Source: Tubulanus polymorphus (taxonomy: Eukaryota > Animalia > Nemertea). Taken from it: a stretch of DNA of 64,000 nt. The translations under genes were made by a program, and so were the position numbers. The stretch is from contig NW_027437439.1 in the NCBI RefSeq assembly GCF_964204645.1, forward strand, positions 75,001 through 139,000, given 5' to 3'. This document shows, piece by piece, positions 34,098 through 48,651 of the stretch. The notes under the pieces are model-generated. The model did not search any database. It saw nothing but the letters and a program-made list of their open reading frames with translations, and was not told where the DNA came from. Position 1 is the first letter of the stretch. Each line of letters begins with the position of its first letter.

Positions 34098-37000
34098 TTA
34101 TTTACTAGATGTCGTCAATCCTAGTCGTCGTTTATTGCGTTCACGAATAGATTTCATATCGATATTTAGTATTGTATAAAGAAGCGGATTCAGAGACGAG
34201 TTGATCGGTAAAAATAGAACGGCCAGCCAAGCGGCCACCTGGTTCGGTATCTCGACCGTAAATACGGCGCAAAACTGAACGATTATTATCGGTAGCCAGC
34301 AAAATAGATTACAAAGATTGATTACTAAACTCCTTCGTGCTAAAACCAGTTCGGTAGGATCGGCTCTACCCGAGCCCGACCTACTTCCAGATACGAGTCT
34401 ATACATCTGAGCGTACGTCGTCATTATCGTAGCCAATATGGCCGCATTGAACAAGGCAAAAATAGCGAATGAATAGTGCCAGCCATCGACATCGATCGTC
34501 AGTAAATTCATAGGCAAACAAACTCCGGTTGTACCATAAAAATTGTCTCCGAAGTAAGACGACGATGACAGCGGTAGAATAGAAACTGTGCTTATAACGA
34601 GCCAACAAATGCAGCAAATACCGATAACGTATTTCGGAGTTATAATCGGACTTCGAGAAAACGGGTTGACGATATTTGAATATCTCTGACGCGTTAGAAT
34701 TAAGAGAAAAGTCAAGGAACCTTCGCACGAAACGGTGACAAAAACCCCGGAGAGACGGCATAATGAGCTATCCGTCCAGGTTTCAGAATTCAGATAATAA
34801 ACGCCTTTGAACGCGTAGTCAGCTCCCGCAATCAAAAACAAATAGACCGACATCAGAAAATCACAACCGGCAATATTTATGATGAGGATGTCTGAAGATG
34901 TGTTACGTGTTCCGGAGGATCCCATCCGCAAAGCTTGAACGCGAAATAAGATAACGATACTGTTAGCGAGAAAACTGAAAGATGCGATCATCCAGATGAT
35001 GGCCCTCAGTACAGTGTTACCCATCAGGTCAGAACAGGTGGAAAATTGATCAGCTTCGGGGAGACATCGGTCAACATTCGGTGCCATGCAGCAAAATTTG
35101 TAAGCATCCGAAGCGAGGTATTTCAATGATGTAAGATCGCCAAGAACGTTTCTTTGTACGGATATTACTTCAAAATTGTTGACAAGGTCTAGAATTTCAA
35201 GTCGAGCCAATCCCGAAAAAGCATAGCTAGAAATATAATGGATTCTGTTACTGCTGATATTTAATGTCTGTAATGCGGATAAACCTTTAAATACATTTTC
35301 ACCGAGAACCGATATAGAAAGTCCGTGAAGATCGAGAACAGTAAGTGACGTCAGACCTCGGAAACTACCGTCTTCTAAATGTTGCAGCGGATTTCCGATA
35401 AGAAATAGTTGTTTTAAAGCGATCAAACCTGCGAATGTATTAGCAGATAATGATGTTATGCGGTTGTGAGTCAGGTCTAATGTGTATAGATTATTTAGAT
35501 TAGAAAACGCTTTTGGAACGATGTAAGATAAATTATTGCCTGAAATGTCGAGAAAACGAAGATAAATGAAAGAGTTTAACATCGATTCGTTAAATACGAC
35601 TCGGTTATTCGACAAAATCAAAGCCCGAGTTGATTCTATAAAACGACCAGTAATATCCGATAAAAGAGCATTTTCACAATCGATGAAATGACCCCGGCAA
35701 TTACAACGCTCAGGACACGTGACCTTACAGTATGACTCGTCATCCGAGTTATGTTTACAATTAACGACACCGTCGCAAACTTCAGATTGCGGAATACAAC
35801 GATTTTCCTGACCACATTTAAACATTCCCAGACACGACCAAGTCTCGCAGTTTCGTTCATCTTCTGAATTAGGACAATCGGATCGACCGTCACAAACGTG
35901 TCTGATCGGTATACAGTAAGATGCCGGACATTTTACAGTACCAGCCGCGCATTCGAAGTCATTACACGCGAGTATATGTTCAAGATTTCTACATACCGGG
36001 AAACCAATCGGCATCCTTTCTAAAATACACCTTTCGTGTCGGGAATAACAGCGAGGAGAATTGAACGAACATCTTTGTTCATCCGATTCCTTACACAGAT
36101 CTGTGAAACGAGTCGTACAGTGATTGTCATTATTACAGTAAACCTCGGGATTCACTGTCATATTAGTGACCAATTCGTCTTCTTCGAGACTTCCGCTACA
36201 ATCCACGACACCGTCCCGATACAACTGAGAACTAATACATTCACCGTCCGCGCACGAGAACCCCTGACAAAGTTCGGCAGTGCAGCCGATCTCATCGGAG
36301 CCGTCTTTACAGTTGGCTAGTCCGTCACATCGTTTATAACTATCGATGCATTGGTGATTGGAACCGCGATATTGCGTAGATAAACACGGTGGATGATAGC
36401 ACGAGTTCTCATCCGAGCCATCTACGCAATCTCTCATAAAGTCACAGAAACCGCTAATCGATATAACCTGTCCATCGATACAGCGGAACTGACTGTGCAA
36501 ATTGATATCCGTACAATCGAGTTCATCTTCACCGTGTTGACAGTCGTGTCTGGTATCACATACGCGATGGTCGCTGATACATCTTTGATCGTTACATTCA
36601 AACTGCCACGATTTACAACCGCTTATAGAAGCTGATTCTTCACTAGTTACATTATAGATACACAACACGGAATGTACTTTATCTTTTGTATTATCGAAAG
36701 GTTTTAATAACCATTCAACTGATTGAATATAAGTAATTCCATTTCTGGTCACCATTGGTTTGATAACTTTAAATCCGTCGCGGCCCATTGTCAGTATGGC
36801 GCCATGTTGATGTCGATATTGAAATTCGCTGACCAAATTGTTCAAGTCGCTTTCTGTATTTGAGGTGATTTTTACTATTTCGGCGCGGAAACTGTGACAC
36901 ATTTCTCTAGCACTCCGAATATTCAAACCTCGATTGTTTTTCCAGTCGGTTAGTATTTGATAACATTGTCCCGAAATAGTTACCCAACTTCTTGGACAGG

Positions 37001-40000
37001 TTGAATTAGTTAAAGGTACATCGGGAATCATTTGATCTCTGGTTTTATTTAAGTCTGTACTTGTTGAATTGTTCGCGTCGTTTATCGTTGAATTGTGTTC
37101 GTTTTTGACGTCGATTCTCTCGGATTCACAAATGAATGTCGTGTGCGTCTCCTCGATTTGACACGGGAATCGAACCCAGTTCGCCGATCCTCGTGGATTA
37201 TTCAGTATCATCGCCGTGCACGGCATATTGACGTCATTTATCGGTTGTTTTCTTAGCGGAGATATCAATCCTCGAATAACTTCTGGTATCGTTTCATTAA
37301 TAACAGGTTTATACCACTCTGTGTAGCTCAATGGTTTACCGTCAATCCACGTGTAATAACCATCATTCTGTTTCACGAGGAAAATGAAATATATCGCTTC
37401 TTTAAAAATCTTTCTATTCTAATTCATATTTGTATACATTAGTCTTACCTTCCATTTCAATCCAATCATCATTACGAGCGCTTTTAATGTATATGCGATC
37501 TGGAGGAGTTCTGTTGCGAATAATCTTTTGATCGAAATCATTTCCTGTTCTGAGTTGATACTGAGTAGATGTCCCGCGTACTTCTGTCTACAGTATATTT
37601 CGGCGTTCTCCCAATTCAGACGTTCATCTCTGATGAATTTGATGCAGGAAATTCCCGAATCCAAATATCCTTGTTTACAGTAGAAATCATCGAAATGTTT
37701 AATCGGTAACGACTCGTGTAAAGTGTATTGTATTTGAAATATCGGAATGAAATTGTTCACTTCAAAACGCAGAGTGTTATCTGTTAAACTGTGAAATATA
37801 AGTCCACGAACCGCGTTATGATCACATATTTTAGTTTCATATTGAGAGTCAATAGTTTTGAAATATTCACCATTATGAAAAGGTTTATAATTCATTAGTT
37901 GTATTAGAATAATCGGATCATTCGCTTTATTGTTGTATTTTTCACATGAAACTGGTCCAATAGATTTGACAATAAATCTGTAATATTGAAATATATTTTG
38001 TTGTATCGGGTTTTCAAATCTATATGAAATAGATTTTGATGTACGTCCTGCCCGACCCGGGTAGTTCGGTGACTGCACGAGTCCACATTTATCTTTAGTA
38101 GTAACTGGAAGAAATGAACCGGCAAGTCCCAAACTATCCGCTTTTTTTACACCTAGACATTTACGACGTAGTTCAACTATTAGTGGATACCACCAGAAAA
38201 CGAACCCATCACCTGTGAAATCTACAGTGTTTAATACGAGACTGTTATTAAGAAACTGATTACTCAAACTCAGAGACTGATCACATCGCCATGACATCTT
38301 GAGAAAACATCGGTCAATTTGATATTCGTGTTCTGATAATAAGTGAATATTTCTCGAGCGAAGGCGTCGATTTTCAGGTGTAATCACGAGACAGTGTGAC
38401 GTCATATTGAACTGACGTACTTCTTCCTGTAGAACATAACCATCACAATCAGTAGGAGCAAATTTAAGAAATGAGCTACCAACTGTTAACTGATTGTTAT
38501 AATAAGCGTATGCTACTACAGTAACCGGTCCACCTGATGTAATCAGGCTGACGACAGATCGACCGTAGTATGAACCAGGACAATACGGACCATAGCGTCT
38601 AGCTGTGAAATTACTACCATCAAATATATAAAAACCAGCTCGATCACAGTTTTCTGATAGCACTGTTAGTTTCAACTGTTCTTCATAGATGTTCACTTTC
38701 CAGTTTAGTTGTAATGTAGTTACACGATACAATGTATTCTTTGATCTCGGGAACAAACGATTAGCTAATAATGACGTCATGCTTACATAATTCTGAAATA
38801 TTAGAGGATTGATTACAACATTAAACGTTTACAATACTACAAATTCAAACCTTGTACGAGCTCGATATTTTGATAATGGTTCAAAATGTTGCAATCAAAT
38901 ATTAACTTAAATTCTTCCACAGATCATCATAATTTCTCTGCGTAAACAACGAGTGCGTCCGAATATATTGAAATTTGGGTCGCACATAACGTTGTTATTC
39001 CATGTTTCTTGGTAAAGTTTCACTGGTCATAATCGCCATCAAAATCATAGATAATTACAATGATTCTATTACACGAACCTAATCTACAAATCATTGTTAT
39101 TACATACCGATATCTGTTCCTTGTTGACGTAAACGTCTGATATTGTCATCGACTTCACTTCAAATTCTATTGTCAAATTCGATCTTAAAAAATCCGATGT
39201 CGTTAAAACGCACAGAATCACGAGAAATCCGTCTGATTTTACACTCAGGGATTTAAGATGGTTAAAACTGAGTAAAATATCAGTTCTCACAATACGTAAC
39301 CCTTCCCGTGTATATACACCAACGACACCTGGTGACGAGACGAGATCACGTGTCCAGTTGAAGACGACGTACTGCAGAACATCGACTGTGATAGACCAGC
39401 AGTATAAGTGTTTAGTCTGAGTTACTATATGTGGTATTCCATCAATTGTAGTGAGCAATCCTGATTTATTATAGACTTGAATTAACGGGTTAGAGATGTT
39501 CCAATCTGATATTTTGTAAACTTGCACGAGCAACTGCGACTTAAACGACAGTTTATTTGAAATGAATTCAATACGTGCTTTATTAGTTTTAGTATAAAAC
39601 GATGAAGGTGGATGTCCGGTTTGTTCTCGTATAAGAGCTATAGGTTCACTGGTGCTGTTCCATCCGTCGTAAATTTGAGGACGAGTTTTCATCGGATCCT
39701 CACCTGGATATAATCTGAAATCTATCTGTATAAACGTTAAATTCATTGCAAACCCGTCTGGCATCCCGATCCATTCTAACAACAATTTACATCGCCAGGC
39801 AGAAATCATGAATTCATAACCTGTTTGAGTTAGTAATTCTTTCACTGCATGCTTGTGACATCTATGTAAGATTTTCAAGCGACTCTGTTCTTCAAAACGA
39901 TATATGATATAAACCCGACTACCTCGCGCTCCATCGACGTTACTCCTAAACAACAACGAAATCGAGCCGTTACTGCGGATATCTAGTTGTTTTCTTCCGG

Positions 40001-40334
40001 TAGCGCAGAGTTTGTTGTCGGACTCACCGACGAGAAGGTAGTTTTCGTTACAGAATATCGACGGCTCGATGTCGTAGTAAACTTGAACGAGAAAACTTCC
40101 CGGTAAAGAGCTGTTGACGAACCAATGACATTCGACACCGCGCACTAACGACGGATAGTTCGGTGAAACGATGTAACCAGACGTAGAATCGACGGAGTAT
40201 TGAGTGTTGTTACAAGATGAACTGACTGTAACAGACGCGGCTTCCTCGACAGAGTTTGCGCGATCAGCCCGCGTAAATATACAGTCTCCGCAAGCGATCA
40301 GTAAAACTACGAACAACGCTTTCATTCGCTGCAT
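34098..40334 (-). CDS. GRL101/LGR type C2-like GPCR, copy 2 (~1,946 aa); exons 40334-39108, 38792-37449, 37367-34098
   Basis: Same architecture and phase-0 GT-AG introns as copy 1; one LDLa Cys is replaced by Gly (QYRGSNHQC). Confidence 0.9.
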
Positions 40335-40984
40335 ATTGAACACAATTCACGCTTCAAAACAAACACATTTCTAACTATTTCCAAGTTTGCGCGACATTTC
40401 TCATAAGAGTCGTTGCAAAGTAATGACAAGTTGTCAGAATGTCAGAAGTTGACGAATTGATCGAGTCCAATTATTTTGTAAAAAGATCTCCCATCAAACT
40501 GGCGCCAGTCTCGTATTTCTGTTACTTTCACCTGCGCTCGGTTTCGCAGTAATTACCGCGGTTTCTAAATTTAGACGTGTTTCAATATATCGTGTTTATA
40601 ATCAAGTGCAATTATTTCTCTAAAAATATTTACTGTCGCTCCCGAACTGCGTTCAGTTTGTGATAATATTCTATGACATTTTCTATCTTTACCTCAAAAT
40701 ATTCTGCGTCTCTGTAAAACACTTCGTCAATATCTGTTTTGACTAAATTCGCTCTACAGTCAATATAATAACTGAGTTAAAGCTAAGTGAAGCGCATGGA
40801 TATCTGATTGTGGTGAGTAAGGTCTTGTTTGGAACAGATTGTTTTGAAGAAACAATAGCAACCAAGTAAGACGGGGATCACAGCGGTAGATCCGGAATCT
40901 ACACCTCGGAATACATCTTCCTACCAAGTTTAGAAGGAATCAGAGAAAAAAATTTTTTCGCCGAAAAAAAACTCCTGGACTTAC

Positions 40985-41415
40985 ACCTTAGATTTTTGCC
41001 GTTTTTAGCCAAAAAATCGAATCTGTTCGATTTGCTTAAAATTTAAGTCCTAAATATTTTCGGGGGTGCTGATTCCAAATCTGCAATCAGATTTTAAATA
41101 TCTCAAAAACCCTGGGGTCCAGGGCCTTTTTAAAATTTAAGGGGTACCCCTAAGAATTCGAATTTCTCATTTTTGAGGCCTCGGATCCTAAGAATTCTTT
41201 CAGATTTGTGATCAGCACCCCAGAATACATGTCTATACTAAATTTCTCCGAAATTGGAGACAAAAAATATTTGACCCCTAACCATCGTTTTGGGGGGTAC
41301 CTTACATTGCCATTTCTCTGATACACCAGTAACTAGACTTAACTCTAACATAACTCAAATTTATTAAGTTTCATGTATATTTTTAGGATGTTTGTCATCA
41401 ATATGGCGGAACTAT
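40985..41415 (+). repeat. Dispersed MITE-like repeat; second copy at ~45011-45452
   Basis: Both copies start CCTTAGATTTTTGCCGTTTT and have internal inverted motifs GGTGCTGAT / ATCAGCACC. Confidence 0.7.
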
Positions 41416-41510
41416 TGACGGTTGTTATGGTGGTGACGATTCCCCCTTTACCTACAATCAGTAGAGAATTGATTTGAACATTATACAGACATTGATGCAG
41501 TGGAGCAGAT

Positions 41511-41588
41511 GGACCAAGATGAACCAGGACGAACCCCAATAAACCAGGATGAACCAGGACGAACCCAGATAAACCAAGATGAACCAAG
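41511..41588 (+). repeat. 10-bp tandem repeat (GAACCAGGAT-like)
   Basis: About 8 units. Confidence 0.85.
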
Positions 41589-41823
41589 TAGAGTTGTGAC
41601 TTGGAAGAAATGCTAGAAATTGATGTCTCATTTTAATAGTTATCAATAGGTACGTAGGCAATCGAGGCTGGAGACATGCTAGTACAAAGGGAATCGGATT
41701 TCTATTCTTAAGCCTAGTTACTGTGTGAAACTCCCTGGCCCTGCTCCCTCTCTCTATCAATCCCTAGCCTAGCATCTAGAATGATGTTACATTGTTTACA
41801 ATGTTATTACATGTATATTGTAG

Positions 41824-42469
41824 ATAACAATGATCTGTACGTGTGGGGTAGAAATAAACATGGCTCCTTATGTTTAGGAAACATGGACGATCAATTCTTT
41901 CCGTTTAAGGTAAGTCTCAATTTCTCTAGATTTAAAACACTCCTAAAGCACCACTCACTCAAAATGTTTGGTTTATTTCTACTAGACGGTGCAAAGAGTT
42001 GTCGGCTTTTAACTCAAAAACAGTAAACCTTGTCTTACTGAAATGGAGACTTGCAAAATTTATACTGAAATGGAGACTTGCAAAATTTATACTTGCTAAG
42101 CAAAAATCTGAGTTGAGGATCAGAAAATTCCATTAGAAAGTCAGAAAATTTCATTTCCGTCTGAATTCGACAAAAGTCCAGGAGTTTTTAGACATTTCCG
42201 AATTAGATTGCTAGGTTTTAATTCTCGACCACAGAACTTGAATCATCAGTCAATGGGATATCACTGGTATCACATTGATTCAAGTTAGGAACAGACTCTA
42301 CTGTATTGTAATAACATAGCGCACCAGAAACAACATGTGTGATACTGATGCATCATAAATCTGATATCTGATATTGTAAATATGATTTCAGGTTTCGATT
42401 CCTGGGTTAGTTCAGTCAGTTCATTGCGGAGTTGATCACATGTTCGCTTTATGCAAGACTTTTATTTGA
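41824..42469 (+). CDS. RCC1L: Last two coding exons (41824-41909, 42392-42469) of RCC1-like protein RCC1L/WBSCR16
   Basis: Spliced product NNDLYVWGRNKHGSLCLGNMDDQFFPFK|VSIPGLVQSVHCGVDHMFALCKTFI* matches the RCC1L C-terminus as recalled (VWGKN...DQYFP.RV...CGVDHM...KSFI); GT-AG intron; AATAAA at 42500. Confidence 0.8.
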
Positions 42470-44504
42470 TATTTAACTCTGATGCACATTTTTCACTGAA
42501 ATAAATAAATTTCACAATGAATTGATTATTCACTAATTTTGTGGTGGTTGTAACTGATTTTCTGTTCTAGTTTAAGTGGAATCTCGTTGATATGAATCTT
42601 GTGGGATGCAATTGTTGAATCAAACTGGTTTCGTCTTTACACAGATTTGTCGTATTAACGATGTTCAACTGAAGTTTTTCCAGTTGTTTGCACCAATTTG
42701 TGGTTGGGAGAGTTTGATTTTAACCCTGACCAAGAAGGGTCGACCTTAATAGGAGGTTTAATGGTTCACGTGCTGCAACTTTGATGATAGCGTTGGATGA
42801 ATGCACTTTTTTGGAGAATAAAATTTAATTTGCTTTAGATTCTGTCTGTGGCATGTGAGTCTACCTCTTTACCGCTTTATGCAATTAGATTCCGTTTACA
42901 GAAGAGTTCTATCAAAAATGGCTTGAAAATCGTTTTAAAAAGAAGATCCCCTTTCAAAAAGCTTAAAAATTAATTGAATTATTCATAGAAAACGGAATCG
43001 TGGTGAATAATGAACGAAATTCGGCTAAAAAATATCTGTATTACTTGCATGCCACAGTAAGATTGCGAGGCTGGGTTAGATATCAACCGTACAGTGCTGC
43101 CCCTATGAATAACGACAGCGGAATTTCTGTGAACTAAAATAGCGCCGCCGGAATATGAATTTCCCAATTACGTACAATACGGACCAGTGTGGCGCCTAAT
43201 TCTGATTAAATATGATACTATGAATACTTTAACTTTTTAATGAAATTTTCTTATTTTTTAGGGAACGATATTCAATTTTGATAGCTAAAATTCACTTTCT
43301 TATCAATTAATTAGTATTTATATTCAGAATAAGTTATTCAGTTATATTTTTGAATGATAATTTATCATCTGAATTGACAAAATTTCCATATTTTTTCTTC
43401 GATATATTTTAATTGCGCGCAAATAATCAGGGAACATTCAAACACCTGTCGCTCTCTGCCAGACGATACTAAAAATATCCCGATTCAAATTTACTCTTTT
43501 AAGGTTAATTCTCTTATAGAATAATTGTTTGGTTCAAACGTTTTAGAGCAGTTGTAAGATTTGGAGAATTCCCTCCGAATCCGGCCCGCAAATCGGTAAT
43601 TAGTTCGTCCACTACGGCCGTCCGAAGACTCTGGCAAGCGAGTATTAAGTTAGTTCACGTTTTCCCCGCTATCGTTATATGTAGGGGCAGCACTAGACGG
43701 TCGATATGGAAATCGTGCACTGTGGAGCGCGCTCAATTCAATCTCTAATTCTTTATTTACAATGAAACTAAGTCTCTCAATTGATAAAGACTTTAAAGCC
43801 ACAATGATTCCCAACGTACGAACTTTGATATTGGTTTAAAAGATAAGAATTCATGAGATATCGTGCCCTCACAGACACAGGGACTTTACAGACACGTCCA
43901 TCCACCACACAGGGACCTGGAGTCAAGTGTTTAACGCCAACGGTAACCTTGCTGTGGCCGTGGTCACTTTCACTTGGCCGTTTAAAGTAAGACATACGTA
44001 AGAATAAGAATTCACAAGATTTCATGTCCTCAGGGGCACACAGGGGGACCTCACAGACACAGGGACCTCGGCACTCAGTGTCAATAACCACTTTCACTAG
44101 CCAGGCGGCGCCGCATGCACGACATGGTGCAGGTGATAGTTTCACAAATCTTGATGAGCTGTTGTTACAATTCCTGTTAATTCCTCCTCTTTTCCACATG
44201 TTCAGCAGGTTACCATCACCAGCTGACTCAACCAGTTTCACCATCTTACTCCCACAGTGGCCGAGTATATCAGTTACGTAAAAACAATCTGTTAATCCAG
44301 TAAAGTTGTGAAAACTTTTGCATAAGCCTTTACTAGTATGTCTGAGAGTTTGAGTTTGAGTTTGTTAATGTGTTTCTCTAGAGACTGTTTCAATTTCATA
44401 TTTCAGGTTTTCCTCTCTGGACTGTCGTTGGTAAACTTCATCACAAATACTGGATGTGGACTTCGTCTGAAATTCTTCAGTTTTACTTCTTCAGTCAACT
44501 TCTT

Positions 44505-44800
44505 CCGGACTAGTGAACTTACCGGACTACTAGTGAACTAACCGGACTATACGTGAACTTACCGGACTACATGTGAACTATATGTGCACTAACTGGACTA
44601 CTTGTGAACTAACTGGACTACATGTGAACTTACCGGACTACATGTGAACTATATGTGCACTAACCGGACTACTAGTGAACTAACTGGACTACATGTGAAC
44701 TTACCGAACTACATGTGAACTATATGTGCACTAACCGGACTACTAGTGAACTAACTGGACTTCATGTGAACTTACCGAACTAAATGTGAACTAACTGGAC
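44505..44800 (+). repeat. ~20-bp minisatellite (ACCGGACTACATGTGAACT variants)
   Basis: Degenerate tandem units. Confidence 0.9.
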
Positions 44801-45010
44801 TAAAAGTGGATTGATACTCAGTATCAAAAAATAATCTGTGGTTGACTCCTGAAGGTGTGGAACTCTGTATGTGGAATTGTGGAACTCAGTGGACTATTAT
44901 TACTGCTAGACAAGGGAGGAGAGACTTGTGTGAGTAGAATTTCTTTTATGTTTCAAAAACAATTATGAGAGAGCAGTTTATCTGTAAACATAGTGTTTAC
45001 TGAGTGTCAT

Positions 45011-45452
45011 CCTTAGATTTTTGCCGTTTTTGGCCAAAAAATCGAATCTCTTCGATTTGCTTAAAATTTTAGTCCTTACTATTTTCAGGGGCGCTGATTC
45101 CAAATCTGCAATCAGATTTTGAATATCTCGAAAATTCTGGGGTCCAAGGCCTTTTGACAATTTAGGGGTCCCCCAAAAATTAGAATTTCTCATTTTTGGG
45201 GCCTCGGATCCGAAAAATTCTTTCAGATTTGTAATCAGCACCCCAGAATACATGTATATACTGAATTTCATTGAAATCGGAGACAAAAAATATTTGACCC
45301 CTGACCCTCATTTTGGGGGTACCTTAGATTGCCATTTCTCTGATACACCGGTAACTAGACTTAACTCTAACTCTGTATGTTTGATTGATGGCCTTAAATC
45401 TATTAAGTTTCATGTATATTTTTAGGATGTTTGTCATCAATATGGTGGAACT
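45011..45452 (+). repeat. Second copy of the 40985-41415 repeat
   Basis: Colinear, high similarity. Confidence 0.7.
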
Positions 45453-45689
45453 ATGATCAGGACTACATCAGATGGTGTGGGCAGTGTTCAAACTCAGCGA
45501 CAGGATAAACAAACAAACGAACTCATATTGGGAGAACTTGACTTCAGTTATAGTGAACTTTATGTCCACGAGGACAAAATAATAACATTACTGCTGATGG
45601 GATAAATATCTGTTTGAACTAGTAACTTTTAGATAGAAAACAAGAGGAACATAGAAGAAGTTCAGGTGATATGCCATCCTATCCTCTCT

Positions 45690-45845
45690 ATCTCTTTCTA
45701 TCCTCTCTCATTCTCACTCTCTCCTCACTCTGTTTCACTCTCATCTCTCCTCACTCTGTTTCACTCTGTTTCACTCTGTTTCACTCTCATCTCTTACTCT
45801 GTCTCTGCCCACTCTTGTCTGTCTCCGCCCACTCTTGTCTCATTC
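45690..45845 (+). repeat. CT-rich low-complexity repeat
   Basis: TTTCACTCTG-like units. Confidence 0.8.
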
Positions 45846-45964
45846 TCTATTATTACCATCTACCGGGTTGAAATGGGAACTAGTTCCTGCCTCGCCCGGT
45901 AGATGGCATTATTTTTTTGATAAAATTTGCTTAAGCAATGAGTTCCTCTGTGTGCTGCCGGTAC

Positions 45965-46030
45965 GTCCCTATAGCGTAGTGGGTAGGGTGCTGGACTGCT
46001 AGTCCAATGGTTGGTGGTTCAAATCCCATT
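45965..46030 (+). mobile_element. tRNA-derived SINE head or tRNA pseudogene
   Basis: A box TAGCGTAGTGG, B box GGTTCAAATCC, anticodon-like stem; acceptor stem does not pair. Confidence 0.55.
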
Positions 46031-46347
46031 TTAGTTGATATTAAATATTGATGTTTCAATAAAATGTTGAATTTTACTTTTGCAAACAAGCTGTAAGAAA
46101 TTCCTACTTTGAATTTGGAATAAATTCTTTGATTTGTACTTTGCGTTTGTCCTTTCCTATTTGACTTTGTCCTTTCCTTGATTGTGTGAGAAGTTGTAAG
46201 CGGAAGAGTTCTTTCCGGAGCAGTGTCGAGTATGAAGTTGTGAGGGGAAGAGTCCTTTCCGAGATTTTTAGTAAGACGAGCATTTTATGTAGATGGACGT
46301 TTATTTATTTACGTTACTTTATAACATGCGGCAAAACGAAATAATGA

Positions 46348-47285
46348 CGGAGTAGAGTCTGCGTCTCGAGGTTTGGAGATGTTGCTTTACTCGGAGTAGA
46401 GTCTGCGTCTCGAGGTTTGGAGATGGTGCTTTAGTCGGAGTAGAGTCTGCGTCTCGAGGTTTGGAGATGGTGCTTTAGTCGGAGTAGAGTCTGCGTCTCG
46501 AGGTTTGGAGATGGTGCTTTAGTCGGAGTAGAGTCTGCGTCTCGAGGTTTGGAGATGGTGCTTTAGTCGGAGTAGAGTCTGCGTCTCGAGGTTTGGAGAT
46601 GGTGCTTTAGTCGGAGTAGAGTCTGCGTCTCGAGGTTTGGAGATGGTGCTTTAGTCGGAGTAGAGTCTGCGTCTCGAGGTTTGGAGATGGTGCTTTAGTC
46701 GGAGTAGAGTCTGCGTCTCGAGGTTTGGAGATGGTGCTTTAGTCGGAGTAGAGTCTGCGTCTCGAGGTTTGGAGATGGTGCTTTAGTCGGAGTAGAGTCT
46801 GCGTCTCGAGGTTTGGAGATGGTGCTTTAGTCGGAGTAGAGTCTGCGTCTCGAGGTTTGGAGATGGTGCTTTAGTCGGAGTAGAGTCTGCGTCTCGAGGT
46901 TTGGAGATGGTGCTTTAGTCGGAGTAGAGTCTGCGTCTCGAGGTTTGGAGATGGTGCTTTAGTCGGAGTAGAGTCTGCGTCTCGAGGTTTGGAGATGGTG
47001 CCTTAGTCGGAGTAGAGTCTGCGTCTCGAGGTTTGGAGATGGTGCCTTAGTCGGAGTAGAGTCTGCGTCTCGAGGTTTGGAGATGGTGCCTTAGTCGGAG
47101 TAGAGTCTGCGTCTCGAGGTTTGGAGATGGTGCCTTAGTCGGAGTAGAGTCTGCGTCTCGAGGTTTGGAGATGGTGCCTTAGTCGGAGTAGAGTCTGCGT
47201 CTCGAGGTTTGGAGATGGAGTGGAGTCTGCATCTCGAGGTTTGGAGATGGTGCTTTAGTCGGAGTTGAGTCTGCGTCTCGAGATT
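46348..47285 (+). repeat. 44-bp tandem minisatellite, about 21 copies
   Basis: Unit CGGAGTAGAGTCTGCGTCTCGAGGTTTGGAGATGGTGCTTTAGT; no unique spacers. Confidence 0.97.
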
Positions 47286-48651
47286 TGAAGATGTTGCTGT
47301 AACTCAAATATAGCCGGCTGAAAAACGGAAACGAAAATCGGATAATCGTCAAGCTATTGAAGAAGATTGAATATGCAAAATGTAAGGATGGGTGTAGTTT
47401 AATATAATTACCTTATCTTAATGTACAGATACCGAAACAGCAAAATGTGGGTTGATGCGGTTCCCAATGCAGCAGCAGCAGCAGACTAGTTAGGACGTTG
47501 CGACAAACGAGTTGTGTACATGTAGTTGTCAGTAGTAGCGAACTGGTTTCGGTTTAACCCTAAAAAGACACAATATTCATAATGTATGAATGTGCGCGAA
47601 ATAGAACATCGGAAATCAGCGACAACAGCAACTAGTCTTCATCAGCAAATTAGCCGTAATCTGTTTGTAGTTGAAATCAGACATCAACAGCAGCAGCAGC
47701 AGTATCGGGATCTCCACCGCAATCATCAGCATCAACAGCCGCCAGTCTCATCTTGCGTTCTCAATCGCTAGGCGTCACAAATTCCTTCACGTTCCAGTCT
47801 CTCCTAACATCATCAGCCGCTTATCAGTAGGTTGTTTGCTTAAAGCCACACGTTCTTCACGCCTTGTTGCAGAGCTCTTATAGGTCGACCTTCATCACTG
47901 GACATCGGTTCTCGGACTGGCACCGGGCGGCTCGAAACGCGCTTCTAATACCTACGTCAACCAATCAACGACGGTGCATCATCGATGCGACCGGAATGGG
48001 TCAATCAGAAAGCTCGATCGCGCATTCCTGTGACAGACCCGAGTCCGTGACGCTAATCCGAAAGAACTATTCAATTCGTGCCAAACATTTTCAATGGGGC
48101 CTACAGGTCATCGAGTTTAATTCGACTATTCATAGAGGCACATATTGTTTAAGATAGAAATATCGAATGCTACGATTTTTGCCTAAAATTGTAAGCTGAA
48201 ATTTTATCTAAACTATCCAACAAACTTTAGTGTAGATTTCCCTTCTATTTACGTCTTGTTTTAAACTATAATACCGGCTCAATTTTACTATTTTCGAGTT
48301 TTGCTTTAGGATATCGAAGTTTGCTTAAGGGTTTGTGCAGTGACGCGGCACTATTGTGTAGTAGAGCGTATGGCAGGTCTCCAGTGAGTAATTCTCTATT
48401 GGATAGAGTCGTTTTGAATCCGAATTTATACACAAGTTCACCAGACATCGCCGCGTACACATCTTCTTTAACCGAAATCTGGTGAAGTTAAAAAAATTAT
48501 CAAAGTTTTATCATCAGTTGAGAAAGAACTGTGATTGATCACCGCGCGCCAAATAGTCGCTTGGATTTCTTCAGTCTGAGGAATTGAATAAATATAAAAA
48601 AATTTCCCAAACCCTCACCACTAAACTTAAAATAACAAACTAATATTGTAA

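Noticed and set aside
43777-44244. Cys-containing 155-aa ORF
   Set aside because: No recognisable domain or splice support; cannot be assigned.
45965-46030. Functional tRNA-Ser(GCT)
   Set aside because: No paired acceptor stem and no long variable arm; treated as a SINE head or pseudogene.
46348-47285. CRISPR-like array
   Set aside because: Head-to-tail identical units with no unique spacers, no cas genes, eukaryotic context.
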